A stretch of 28,265 nt of DNA, from the IMG/VR virus record IMGVR_UViG_3300027804_000021, positions 1 through 28,265 of that record; one strand, given 5' to 3'. This DNA is from a virus (lineage: Duplodnaviria; Caudoviricetes). The notes beneath the pieces were generated by a model, which saw nothing but the letters and a program-made list of their open reading frames with translations, did no database searches and was not told where the DNA came from. The position numbers and the translations under genes are program-made. Positions 16,761-24,064 of this stretch are shown piece after piece (the first letter of the stretch is position 1; the number at the start of each line of letters is the position of its first letter).

Positions 16761-16889
16761 ATGAACAGACTAAAAACTCCACAAGAGAAAGCAAACGAAC
16801 GCTATCAAGCTGAAAGCATCAAACCGATTTACGCATTTATTATTTTATGCGTGGCATTTATTATTACCGCAATCCTTCAAAACATTTAA
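16761..16889 (+). CDS. Small membrane protein (42 aa, not in the ORF track)
   Basis: MNRLKTPQEKANERYQAESIKPIYAFIILCVAFIITAILQNI; C-terminal TM; first ORF after the promoter. Confidence 0.75.
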   Translation: MNRLKTPQEKANERYQAESIKPIYAFIILCVAFIITAILQNI

Positions 16890-16891
16890 CT

Positions 16892-17062
16892 ATGAGCGCA
16901 ATTGATCTTTACATCAACACTTTAGAAACTAAATTATTAATTATGCCTAACGATGGCTATGTAAAAGAAACACTACAAGCGTGTTTAGACTTAGCAAAAG
17001 GCATTAAAGAAATCTATGAAAACCCTAATAACAACGTTAGTCAGTCAACAGATCAAGACTAA
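16892..17062 (+). CDS. Hypothetical protein (56 aa)
   Basis: ATG 16892 (AACTATG), just after the upstream stop, is preferred to 16847. Confidence 0.65.
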   Translation: MSAIDLYINTLETKLLIMPNDGYVKETLQACLDLAKGIKEIYENPNNNVSQSTDQD

Positions 17063-17234
17063 TTTACAAACCGAAGCCGACTCAAAAGGAGTAACCTTAA
17101 GTAAGTTGGTTTATAAAATCTTAAAACAATATGAGCAAACTAATCTATCAGGAGAAACAACTAAAGTTGCACAAAAGAGCAACAATGCTACTGGAACTCC
17201 TAAAACAAGCACAAGGAAGGCAAAATCTATTTGA
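17016..17234 (+). CDS. Ribbon-helix-helix-like DNA-binding protein
   Basis: Beta-strand followed by IKTNLQTEADSKGVTLSKLVYKILKQY, an Arc/CopG-like pattern. Confidence 0.55.
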   Translation: MKTLITTLVSQQIKTNLQTEADSKGVTLSKLVYKILKQYEQTNLSGETTKVAQKSNNATGTPKTSTRKAKSI

Positions 17235-17427
17235 GGCTGATTTATCGGAATGGAGGCGAGGATTGGATGATACAAGAACAATGATTAGCGAGGAGGACTT
17301 GTTAATTAAAATCGCAAGAATGAACGATTTACAAAAGAGAATCCTTAAAAGCTATCATTTTCTAATCTTAGACCTTTATACATTAACGGAGGAGTTTATG
17401 CTCCCAATAAACCTTTTACATTTTTAA
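17131..17427 (+). CDS. Hypothetical helical protein
   Basis: ACAATATG start context; fills the gap up to 17429. Confidence 0.6.
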   Translation: MSKLIYQEKQLKLHKRATMLLELLKQAQGRQNLFEADLSEWRRGLDDTRTMISEEDLLIKIARMNDLQKRILKSYHFLILDLYTLTEEFMLPINLLHF

Positions 17428-17428
17428 T

Positions 17429-17626
17429 ATGACACCAAAAGAAAAAGCAACAGAATTATATAATAAAATGTATGATTTTTCAATTTTTGATGAATCAGCT
17501 AAACAATGTGCATTAATAGCAGTAGAAGAAATATTAGACGAAATTCAAACATTTGAACTTGCTTGGGAATATCAATCTAAAATTGAATTTTGGAATAATG
17601 TTAAAAAAGAAATAGAAGAATTATGA
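17429..17626 (+). CDS. Hypothetical phage protein (MTPKEKA.EL type)
   Basis: Coupled ORF with AKQCALIAVEEI...FWNNVKKEI, a pattern I recall from Bacteroidota phages. Confidence 0.7.
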   Translation: MTPKEKATELYNKMYDFSIFDESAKQCALIAVEEILDEIQTFELAWEYQSKIEFWNNVKKEIEEL

Positions 17627-18060
17627 GAGAAGTACACAAAACATATATGGCAGAACTTGAAATCGAGGTTTTGCGAGATAAAAACAAAGAACTAAAAAAA
17701 GAGATAAATCAACTAAAGGATTTATTAGATAAACAATTTAACATTAAAATAACAAAAATGGACAAAGAACAACAGAAAGAGTATGCGGTCAATATTGCCG
17801 AGAAAGTATGCAATTATTACCAAATAAAATATGGACAAATGATGTCCAAATATAGAGGCGAGGAAGTTACATTGGCAAGACAAATGACTATGTACTTAAC
17901 TAAGGAAAAAACGGCTTTAAGTGGTGAGGAGATAGCTAAATTGTTCAATAGAGATAGAACCACAGTTTTACACTCAATTTCCAAGATTAAAGGTCAACTC
18001 TCAAATAAGTTCGATGATACCATAAAAAATGACATTTTCAACTTAAATGTGCTTGTTTAA
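17623..18060 (+). CDS. Stand-alone DnaA domain IV (Bac_DnaA_C-like) HTH protein with N-terminal coiled coil
   Basis: ARQMTMYL..E.T.LS.EEIAKLFNRDRTTVLHSISKI matches the DnaA C-terminal signature. Confidence 0.85.
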   Translation: MREVHKTYMAELEIEVLRDKNKELKKEINQLKDLLDKQFNIKITKMDKEQQKEYAVNIAEKVCNYYQIKYGQMMSKYRGEEVTLARQMTMYLTKEKTALSGEEIAKLFNRDRTTVLHSISKIKGQLSNKFDDTIKNDIFNLNVLV

Positions 18061-18092
18061 TTTGGTTATTAACACTAAACTAGTTAATTTTA
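18061..18092 (+). promoter_or_regulatory. Putative promoter TTTG-N20-TAATTTTA
   Basis: Good -33 box and spacing, with a one-mismatch -7 box; intergenic before bet. Confidence 0.5.
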
Positions 18093-18111
18093 AACTCTAA
18101 AACCAACCAAT

Positions 18112-18846
18112 ATGAGCGAACAACAACTGGCTAATAAGCCACAACTTTCGTACACGAAAGATCAAGTAGAGTTAGTAAAATCACAGATTGCTCCAGAAGC
18201 AACAGTTGACGAACTTAAACTCTTTCTTTATCAAGCCCAAAGAACAGGACTTGATGCTTTATCAAGGCAGATTTATTGCATCCACAGGAACGTTAAAACA
18301 CCAAACGGATGGGGTAAAAAAATGACAATCCAAACAAGTATTGATGGCTTCCGAGTTATCGCTGAAAGAAGCGGAAACTATGGTGGACAAAGCGAACCAA
18401 TTATTACCTACAAAGAAAATGGCGAAATCGAATCTTGCAAACTAACTGTATATAAGTTTAGAGGCGATATAAGATACGATGCAGCTACATCAGTAGTTTA
18501 TTGGGATGAATATGTTCAAAGAGATAAAGAAGGAAAGCCAATGGGTTTATGGTCCAAAATGGGCAGAGTTATGATACAGAAAGTATGCGAAGCAGTTTGC
18601 CTTCGTAAAGCATTCCCACAAGACCTTAGTGGACTTTACACAGGAGATGAGATGGCACAATCAACAGAGGAAACACCAGCTTACTTAAAGGCTCACGATA
18701 ACGTGGATGACTTAGAGTTAGCGATTGACCTATGTGTAAATACAACCGAATTGAGCCAACTTTACGCATTAAACAATGATATTGTAGAAAGAGAAGTAGC
18801 TAAGGAGATAACTAAATTATTTACCAAGAAAAAACAAACTCTATGA
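18112..18846 (+). CDS. bet: Single-strand annealing protein, Bet/RecT family
   Basis: ELKLFLYQAQRTGLD..SRQIY, IQTSIDGFRVIAERSG.Y.G and LRKAFP..LSGLY..DEM motifs. Confidence 0.92.
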   Translation: MSEQQLANKPQLSYTKDQVELVKSQIAPEATVDELKLFLYQAQRTGLDALSRQIYCIHRNVKTPNGWGKKMTIQTSIDGFRVIAERSGNYGGQSEPIITYKENGEIESCKLTVYKFRGDIRYDAATSVVYWDEYVQRDKEGKPMGLWSKMGRVMIQKVCEAVCLRKAFPQDLSGLYTGDEMAQSTEETPAYLKAHDNVDDLELAIDLCVNTTELSQLYALNNDIVEREVAKEITKLFTKKKQTL

Positions 18847-19088
18847 CACCTTTAAGCAGACTATGGGATTTAAGAGAGGAAGTTAAGTTTTGGAATTACA
18901 AGTTTGACACAAGCTACACTAACAATGCAAGAGAAATATTAGTTAAGTTAAATATAGCTAAAGAGGAACTTAAAAATCATAAACTAAAATACTTTCCAGA
19001 GTTATTAGATCAACCTAAAAGGGATTACATTCCTTACGAAATGATTGCTGATAAATTTGAAGTATTTGAAAACTACTCAAACGATTAA
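18843..19088 (+). CDS. Hypothetical protein
   Basis: ATGA-coupled to bet. Confidence 0.65.
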   Translation: MTPLSRLWDLREEVKFWNYKFDTSYTNNAREILVKLNIAKEELKNHKLKYFPELLDQPKRDYIPYEMIADKFEVFENYSND

Positions 19089-19090
19089 TT

Positions 19091-19261
19091 ATGCCATACT
19101 CAACTTGCTGCGGAGCAGAAACCGATATGGAAGAAGTAGGAATTTGTCCTGATTGTTTAGAACATTGCGATTGGGAAGAAGAAGACGAGGAAGAATTAGA
19201 ACAAGATAGACAAAATGAAATAGCATTAGAACAACAACAAATTAATAAACACGAAAACTAA
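19091..19261 (+). CDS. Small acidic Cys-rich (zinc-binding) protein (56 aa, not in the ORF track)
   Basis: MPYSTCCGAE...ICPDCLEHCDWEEEDEEELEQ...; fills the intergenic gap. Confidence 0.75.
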   Translation: MPYSTCCGAETDMEEVGICPDCLEHCDWEEEDEEELEQDRQNEIALEQQQINKHEN

Positions 19262-19266
19262 AAACA

Positions 19267-19539
19267 ATGATTGTACTAAACATTTGCAAAGAGGAAATTA
19301 ACTGGAAAGAAGCTAAGAACGGCAAAAACTACGCAAACGTAGCTACCGACTTCTTAAAAGAGCCAGATGACAAAGGAAACACTCACACAGTATGGAACAA
19401 CCAAAGCCCAGAGGAAAGAGCAGAAAAGGCTAAGAAAAACTATTGTGGCAGAGGTAAGCAAATTGGATTTAACCCTCCAACTGCTAAAAAGGAATTTGCC
19501 GTAAACCAACAAGAAAGCGAAGACGATTTACCATTCTAA
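19267..19539 (+). CDS. SSB-like protein
   Basis: Acidic C-terminal EDDLPF tail; located near bet. Confidence 0.65.
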   Translation: MIVLNICKEEINWKEAKNGKNYANVATDFLKEPDDKGNTHTVWNNQSPEERAEKAKKNYCGRGKQIGFNPPTAKKEFAVNQQESEDDLPF

Positions 19540-19591
19540 AACAACCCCCCGTTGGGCGATAACGTAAAGCGCAAATTTAAAACCTACAACT

Positions 19592-19786
19592 ATGAGCCAA
19601 ACAACACAAATCGCAAACTACCTAAATAAAGGTAAAAAGTTAACCCCAATTGATGCTTTAAACAAGTTCGGATGCTTTAGATTAGCAGCACGAATAGCTG
19701 ATCTTAGAAATGATGGTATGAACATAAAAACAACCATTATTAAGCTAAAAAATAAGAAGCAAGTTGCACAGTATTCGATTAATTAG
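19592..19786 (+). CDS. Small winged-HTH protein
   Basis: LTPIDAL..FGCFRLAARIADLR..G.NI motif. Confidence 0.8.
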   Translation: MSQTTQIANYLNKGKKLTPIDALNKFGCFRLAARIADLRNDGMNIKTTIIKLKNKKQVAQYSIN

Positions 19787-19788
19787 GT

Positions 19789-19796
19789 TATCTTCG
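19789..19796 (+). promoter_or_regulatory. -7 promoter box variant TATCTTCG
   Basis: One mismatch to TAnnTTTG; directly before the structured leader. Confidence 0.55.
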
Positions 19797-19800
19797 TACA

Positions 19801-19885
19801 AAGGATGTAGGATATCCTAACTCAAACTTATTGGCTCAAAGCTGAAACCCTAATCCTACTGGGGTGGATGCCGAGAGCCTTTTTT
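19801..19885 (+). ncRNA. Structured leader RNA with complementary 7-nt loops and a U-tract
   Basis: Hairpin loops GTAGGAT (19807-19813) and ATCCTAC (19853-19859). Confidence 0.6.
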
Positions 19886-19890
19886 ATTTT

Positions 19891-20541
19891 ATGGCTAAAG
19901 ACCCAGCAGTGTTATTTTACACAAGCGATTTTCTTAGTGGCACTTTTACAATGGATAATGAACAGGTCGGCAAATACATTCGACTTTTGTGCTTACAACA
20001 TCAAAAAGGCAAATTAAGTGAAAAGGATATGTTAAGCATATGTAAAGCATATGATAGTGAGATTTGGGATAAATTTAAAGTTGAAGATGGTTTATACTAC
20101 AATGATAGAATGTATAATGAAACCATTAGAAGGCAAAAATTTAGTGAAAGTAGAAGAAATAATGCTAAATCACTAAAAAAAGAAAGCACTAGCGAAGCAT
20201 ATGCTCAGCATATGGAAACTGAAACTGAAAATAGAACTATAACTATAAATGAAAATATAAATATAGATTTTGAATGGTTTTGGAATGAATATGATAAAAA
20301 GATAGGAGATAAGCAAAAGCTAAAAAAGAAATGGAATAAATTAACCGATGAAGAAAGACAAAATGCAATGAATTATCTTGATCTTTACAAGCAATCAGTA
20401 CCAGACAAACAATTTCGTAAAAATCCAGAAACCTTTTTAAACAACAAATCTTGGAACGATGAAATTATTAACCGAAGTATTACCCCAATCCATAAACTCT
20501 CTTACGCAGAGCGAGAAGCTATTGCACTTAGAAATCTATAA
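19891..20541 (+). CDS. Replication initiator (DUF1376/YdaU-like N-terminus)
   Basis: MAKDPAVLFYTSDFL...GKYIRLLCLQ at the N-terminus, a low-complexity linker, and FEWFWNEY.KK...PETFLN...W at the C-terminus. ATG 19891 is preferred to GTG 19864. Confidence 0.8.
   Translation: MAKDPAVLFYTSDFLSGTFTMDNEQVGKYIRLLCLQHQKGKLSEKDMLSICKAYDSEIWDKFKVEDGLYYNDRMYNETIRRQKFSESRRNNAKSLKKESTSEAYAQHMETETENRTITINENINIDFEWFWNEYDKKIGDKQKLKKKWNKLTDEERQNAMNYLDLYKQSVPDKQFRKNPETFLNNKSWNDEIINRSITPIHKLSYAEREAIALRNL
20024..20214 (+). repeat. Iteron-like AGCATATG repeats (putative replication origin)
   Basis: Copies at 20024 (AGGATATG), 20035 and 20046, and at 20185 (AGCACTAG), 20196 and 20207; 11-bp period. Confidence 0.65.
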
Positions 20542-21193
20542 CAAACTTGAGCCTGATGAGTTAAAAGTTTATTCAGCATTAGAAACAATGAGCGTAGGTA
20601 GATGCTCACCGATTGAGGTAAAAGAACATCTAAAGACCTGTATTGCTTTAAGCGGATGCCAAACCCCTACAATAGAGTTGTTTCATTTTTTATGCGAATT
20701 TGTTATTAAGAACTATGGTAACTACAAATTAAAAGAATTTGGAGTTGCTTTTGAACTTTACGCAATGGGTAAACTTTCGGTTGACAAAGCGATTATGTTT
20801 ACTCCAAAATTCTTTGGGGATGTAATGGCAGCTTATAAGCCGATAGCTTTACAAGTAAGACAAAAGACCTATGTAGAACCACCAGCAATTGAGATACCAA
20901 AAATCAATGATGATGAAATAATTGAGGCATTGTACCAAAATTGGGAGAAGTCAACTAAAAAAGATTGGAAATTGCTAAACATTATGGCTTTTGACATTCT
21001 CTGGAAGCGTAAAGATTTAAACACAACTAATTTGTCAAAGGAGGTAGCTGAAAAGATAAAGGCTAAAGTTATTGCTTATTACAAGGTCAATGCCAAAACA
21101 GATCAAGAAATTGAAAGATTAACGGATGAATTATTTATAAAAAACGAGTGCAAAAGATATTCTTTGTACTTACACTTACAAAACCAGCTATAA
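20459..21193 (+). CDS. Replication accessory protein (helicase-loader-like position)
   Basis: Overlaps the 3' end of the initiator gene; positional call only. Confidence 0.45.
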   Translation: MKLLTEVLPQSINSLTQSEKLLHLEIYNKLEPDELKVYSALETMSVGRCSPIEVKEHLKTCIALSGCQTPTIELFHFLCEFVIKNYGNYKLKEFGVAFELYAMGKLSVDKAIMFTPKFFGDVMAAYKPIALQVRQKTYVEPPAIEIPKINDDEIIEALYQNWEKSTKKDWKLLNIMAFDILWKRKDLNTTNLSKEVAEKIKAKVIAYYKVNAKTDQEIERLTDELFIKNECKRYSLYLHLQNQL

Positions 21194-21267
21194 TGATTAA
21201 AATAATTATAACAATAATAGCTTGGGAATTATTAAAAACTTTATACTATAAACTTATAAACCGATGA
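21193..21267 (+). CDS. 24-aa hydrophobic peptide (not in the ORF track)
   Basis: MIKIIITIIAWELLKTLYYKLINR; TAATG and ATGA couplings at both ends. Confidence 0.6.
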   Translation: MIKIIITIIAWELLKTLYYKLINR

Positions 21268-21461
21268 CAGGATTAGACAACAACATTGAAGTAAGATTGA
21301 TTTACTTAGATACAAAAGAGGAGATTTGCTTTAGGTCAATAGCAAAGGCAACAAGGTTCTTACATACTGATTACAAAACGATTATGACCTATATGAACCC
21401 AATTAACAAGAAACGATACAAGCATAACAACCGACTTTGTGTTGTTAGATTGAAAAAGTAA
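21264..21461 (+). CDS. Small NUMOD1-like HTH protein
   Basis: FRSIAKATRFL....KTI pattern. Confidence 0.55.
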   Translation: MTGLDNNIEVRLIYLDTKEEICFRSIAKATRFLHTDYKTIMTYMNPINKKRYKHNNRLCVVRLKK

Positions 21462-21464
21462 CCC

Positions 21465-21472
21465 TAATTTTG
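21465..21472 (+). promoter_or_regulatory. -7 promoter box TAATTTTG, 4 nt before ATG 21477
   Basis: TAnnTTTG in a 15-nt intergenic gap. Confidence 0.65.
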
Positions 21473-21476
21473 CTAT

Positions 21477-21836
21477 ATGCCATTGATACCTTTACCCAAG
21501 TTGTTAGAAAAGACCCAAAAGGTAGTTAATGCGTACATAAGGAAACGAGATGAAGGTTTACCTTGTATTAGTTGCGGAAGCTACAATGGTAATCAAGCTG
21601 GACACTACTTTACTGTTAAAGGTTATTCAGCTTTAAGGTTCAACGAATGGAATATCCATTTGCAATGTGCTGGATGCAATATGTATAAGCACGGCAACCA
21701 AGCAATGTACCGAATTGGACTTGTAGAAAGGATTGGAGAAAAAGCGGTTAAAGAGTTAGAGTTTGAGGCGGTTAATAATAGGCTTAAAAAATGGCAAAGA
21801 GCAGAATTAATAGAACTAATTGAAAGATATAAGTAG
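21477..21836 (+). CDS. ninG: NinG/Rap-like junction endonuclease
   Basis: YIRKRD...PCISCG, AGHY, LRFNEWNIHLQCAGCN and YRIGLVERIG motifs. Confidence 0.92.
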   Translation: MPLIPLPKLLEKTQKVVNAYIRKRDEGLPCISCGSYNGNQAGHYFTVKGYSALRFNEWNIHLQCAGCNMYKHGNQAMYRIGLVERIGEKAVKELEFEAVNNRLKKWQRAELIELIERYK

Positions 21837-21987
21837 CATATACGCAACGTGCAAAGAGGAAATAATAGCTGGATATTCTTGCTATTCTTTTGTGATAGAT
21901 GGCACTACGCATTATATTTTTGGAGAAACTAAGGAGGAGGCATTTGATTATATGGCAGATTTAATAAATAAATATGGCGAAAGTTAG
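21820..21987 (+). CDS. Hypothetical protein (55 aa, TTG start, not in the ORF track)
   Basis: MKDISSIYATCKEEIIAGYSCYSFVIDGTTHYIFGETKEEAFDYMADLINKYGES fills the gap. Confidence 0.55.
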   Translation: MKDISSIYATCKEEIIAGYSCYSFVIDGTTHYIFGETKEEAFDYMADLINKYGES

Positions 21988-22093
21988 CAACGGAAACAAA
22001 GTAACATTTGGTAAAAGAAAGACAGGAAAGTACAAAAAGACATCTGGTCCTAAAGACAAACCATTTAAACCATATAAAAATCAAGGTAGATAA
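21974..22093 (+). CDS. Small highly basic peptide (39 aa, not in the ORF track)
   Basis: MAKVSNGNKVTFGKRKTGKYKKTSGPKDKPFKPYKNQGR; A-rich start region and TAATG coupling. Confidence 0.72.
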   Translation: MAKVSNGNKVTFGKRKTGKYKKTSGPKDKPFKPYKNQGR

Positions 22094-22527
22094 TGAACAT
22101 CAACGAAATCAAACCAAACCCAAACAATCCAAGAAAGATTGATGCTAATGACTTTGCTAAGTTGGTAAAGTCTATTCAAGAAGACCAAAAGTTACTTGAG
22201 GCAAAGCCTTTAATAATAGATGAAAACAATATAATCTTAGGAGGCAACCAAAGGTATCGTGCTTGTTTAGAATTAGGCATCCAAGATGTGCCTGTGATTA
22301 AAATGCCTAACTTAACCGAAAGAGAAAAGCAAAAGTTACTGGTTATTGATAACACTCACTATGGAATGTGGGATATGGATATGTTAGCAAATGATAATTG
22401 GGAACTTGGAGATTTAAGCGATTGGGGTGTTAATGTTGACTTCTTAGTACCAAGTAATGATGAACCAAAAGCAATAGACAATACTAAAAAAGGAAAGGTT
22501 TGCCCTAATTGTGGCTTATCTTTGTAA
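22093..22527 (+). CDS. ParB/Srx N-terminal-domain protein with C-terminal CPNCG
   Basis: IKPNPNNPRKI, PLIIDE...ILGGNQRYRA and DN....WD...L motifs. Confidence 0.85.
   Translation: MNINEIKPNPNNPRKIDANDFAKLVKSIQEDQKLLEAKPLIIDENNIILGGNQRYRACLELGIQDVPVIKMPNLTEREKQKLLVIDNTHYGMWDMDMLANDNWELGDLSDWGVNVDFLVPSNDEPKAIDNTKKGKVCPNCGLSL
22517..22524 (+). promoter_or_regulatory. -7 promoter box TATCTTTG upstream of terS
   Basis: TAnnTTTG 19 nt before ATG 22544. Confidence 0.55.
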
Positions 22528-22543
22528 AAACAATGGAAATACA

Positions 22544-22891
22544 ATGGCTGGAATAGATAACTTAGTACACTTTGAAAAAGGGCAATCTGGTAACCCAAAT
22601 GGTAGACCTAAAGGAGTTCAAAACTCAAAGACTCGTTTACTTAGATTACTTGAATTAGTACAAAAGAAACGCAACCCAATTACAGGCGAAGATGAAGATT
22701 TCACAGTTCTTGAATTGATGGATATGCAAATGATTAGTAAAGCATTAAGAGGAGACCAAAGAGCATACGAAGCAGTAGTCGATAGATTAGAAGGTAAACC
22801 TAAGCAAACAACCGACATAACCGCTGACATAAAGGGTAATGTGCAAATAACCATAGAACCAGATGCAGATTGTCAACCAATTAAAGATTAA
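22544..22891 (+). CDS. terS: Terminase small subunit (DUF5681-like)
   Basis: FEKGQSGNPNGRPKG and DRLEGKPKQ motifs; directly upstream of terL. Confidence 0.8.
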   Translation: MAGIDNLVHFEKGQSGNPNGRPKGVQNSKTRLLRLLELVQKKRNPITGEDEDFTVLELMDMQMISKALRGDQRAYEAVVDRLEGKPKQTTDITADIKGNVQITIEPDADCQPIKD

Positions 22892-24029
22892 GGCTACACC
22901 TGTATTTTATGCCAATAAAAAGGCATACGAGGAAGGTTATCCGATAATATGCAATGAAGGTGGGTCAAGATCAAGTAAAAGCTATTCAGTAGTTCAGTTG
23001 CTAATTCACATAGCTTTAAGCAAACCTAATACAAGGATTTCGTGCGTTTCTCATTCATTACCACATATCAAGCGTGGAGTTTATAGGGATTTCAAAAACA
23101 TACTTGAGCAATGGAATATTTGGGATGAAAAGGATTTCCGATATACCGATTTCATTTATACCTTTAAAAACGGCTCTTACATAGAGTTATTCGGATTAGA
23201 AGACCCAGACAAAGCAAAAGGACCAGCAAGGGATATTCTATTTGTAAACGAGGCAAACCTTATTAGTAAGGCTTTGTTTGACCAGCTTTTGATTCGTACA
23301 ACTGGACAATCATTCTTAGACTGGAATCCAGCCGACTTTATCTCTTGGGTTTACGAGGTAGCTGATAACCCAAAGAACAAGCGCATCCATTCTACCTACC
23401 TAAACAATATCACTAATCTTAGTGATAGTCAAATAAGAAACATTGAGCAATACAAGGATTTGCCAGATGACTTTATGTGGAAGGTTTACGGCTTAGGAGA
23501 ACGAGGCTCTGCAAAGGAAATCATATACACTCAATGGAAGCAATACGATGAAGCACCTGATGGGGATGTATTCTATGGTTTAGACTTTGGTTATGTCCAT
23601 CCAGCTGCACTTATCAAGGTTACTCACTATGAAGGACAAAACTACTTTGAGGAAATAGTTTATCAAAGTGGACTTACTCTTAGCGACCTATCAAGATTGA
23701 TTAAGGAAAAGCTACCAGAACGAGCAACAATCTATGCGGATGCAGCCGAGCCTAAGTCTATTGAGGAACTTTACCGACAAGGGTTTAACATTAAACCAGC
23801 ACAAAAGGATGTATGGGCGGGAATTGTAAAGATGAAGTCTTATCCAATAAACTTGCACTACAATAGCAAAAACCTAAGAAGGGAGTTTATGTCTTACAAA
23901 TGGAAAAAGGATAAAAACGATAACGTAATAGAAGAACCTGTAAAGGCAAACGATGACTTGATGGATGCTTGTAGGTATGCCGTGTTTACACATTTAACCA
24001 AGCCTAAATTTGAGGTGTCGGTATTTTAG
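22863..24029 (+). CDS. terL: Terminase large subunit, PBSX/SPP1-like
   Basis: Walker A GGSRSSKS, Walker B ILFVNEA, nuclease GLDFG and DDLMDACRY. Confidence 0.95.
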   Translation: MQIVNQLKIKATPVFYANKKAYEEGYPIICNEGGSRSSKSYSVVQLLIHIALSKPNTRISCVSHSLPHIKRGVYRDFKNILEQWNIWDEKDFRYTDFIYTFKNGSYIELFGLEDPDKAKGPARDILFVNEANLISKALFDQLLIRTTGQSFLDWNPADFISWVYEVADNPKNKRIHSTYLNNITNLSDSQIRNIEQYKDLPDDFMWKVYGLGERGSAKEIIYTQWKQYDEAPDGDVFYGLDFGYVHPAALIKVTHYEGQNYFEEIVYQSGLTLSDLSRLIKEKLPERATIYADAAEPKSIEELYRQGFNIKPAQKDVWAGIVKMKSYPINLHYNSKNLRREFMSYKWKKDKNDNVIEEPVKANDDLMDACRYAVFTHLTKPKFEVSVF

Positions 24030-24040
24030 GATAAATTGTC

Positions 24041-24048
24041 TAACTTTG
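24041..24048 (+). promoter_or_regulatory. -7 promoter box TAACTTTG upstream of the portal gene
   Basis: Intergenic TAnnTTTG. Confidence 0.65.
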
Positions 24049-24064
24049 TTAAAATTCATATATA

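Noticed and set aside
19540-19575. Short hairpin CGTT-GGGCGAT-AACG after the SSB-like gene
   Set aside because: A 4-bp stem with no U-tract and no partner sequence found is too weak to call.
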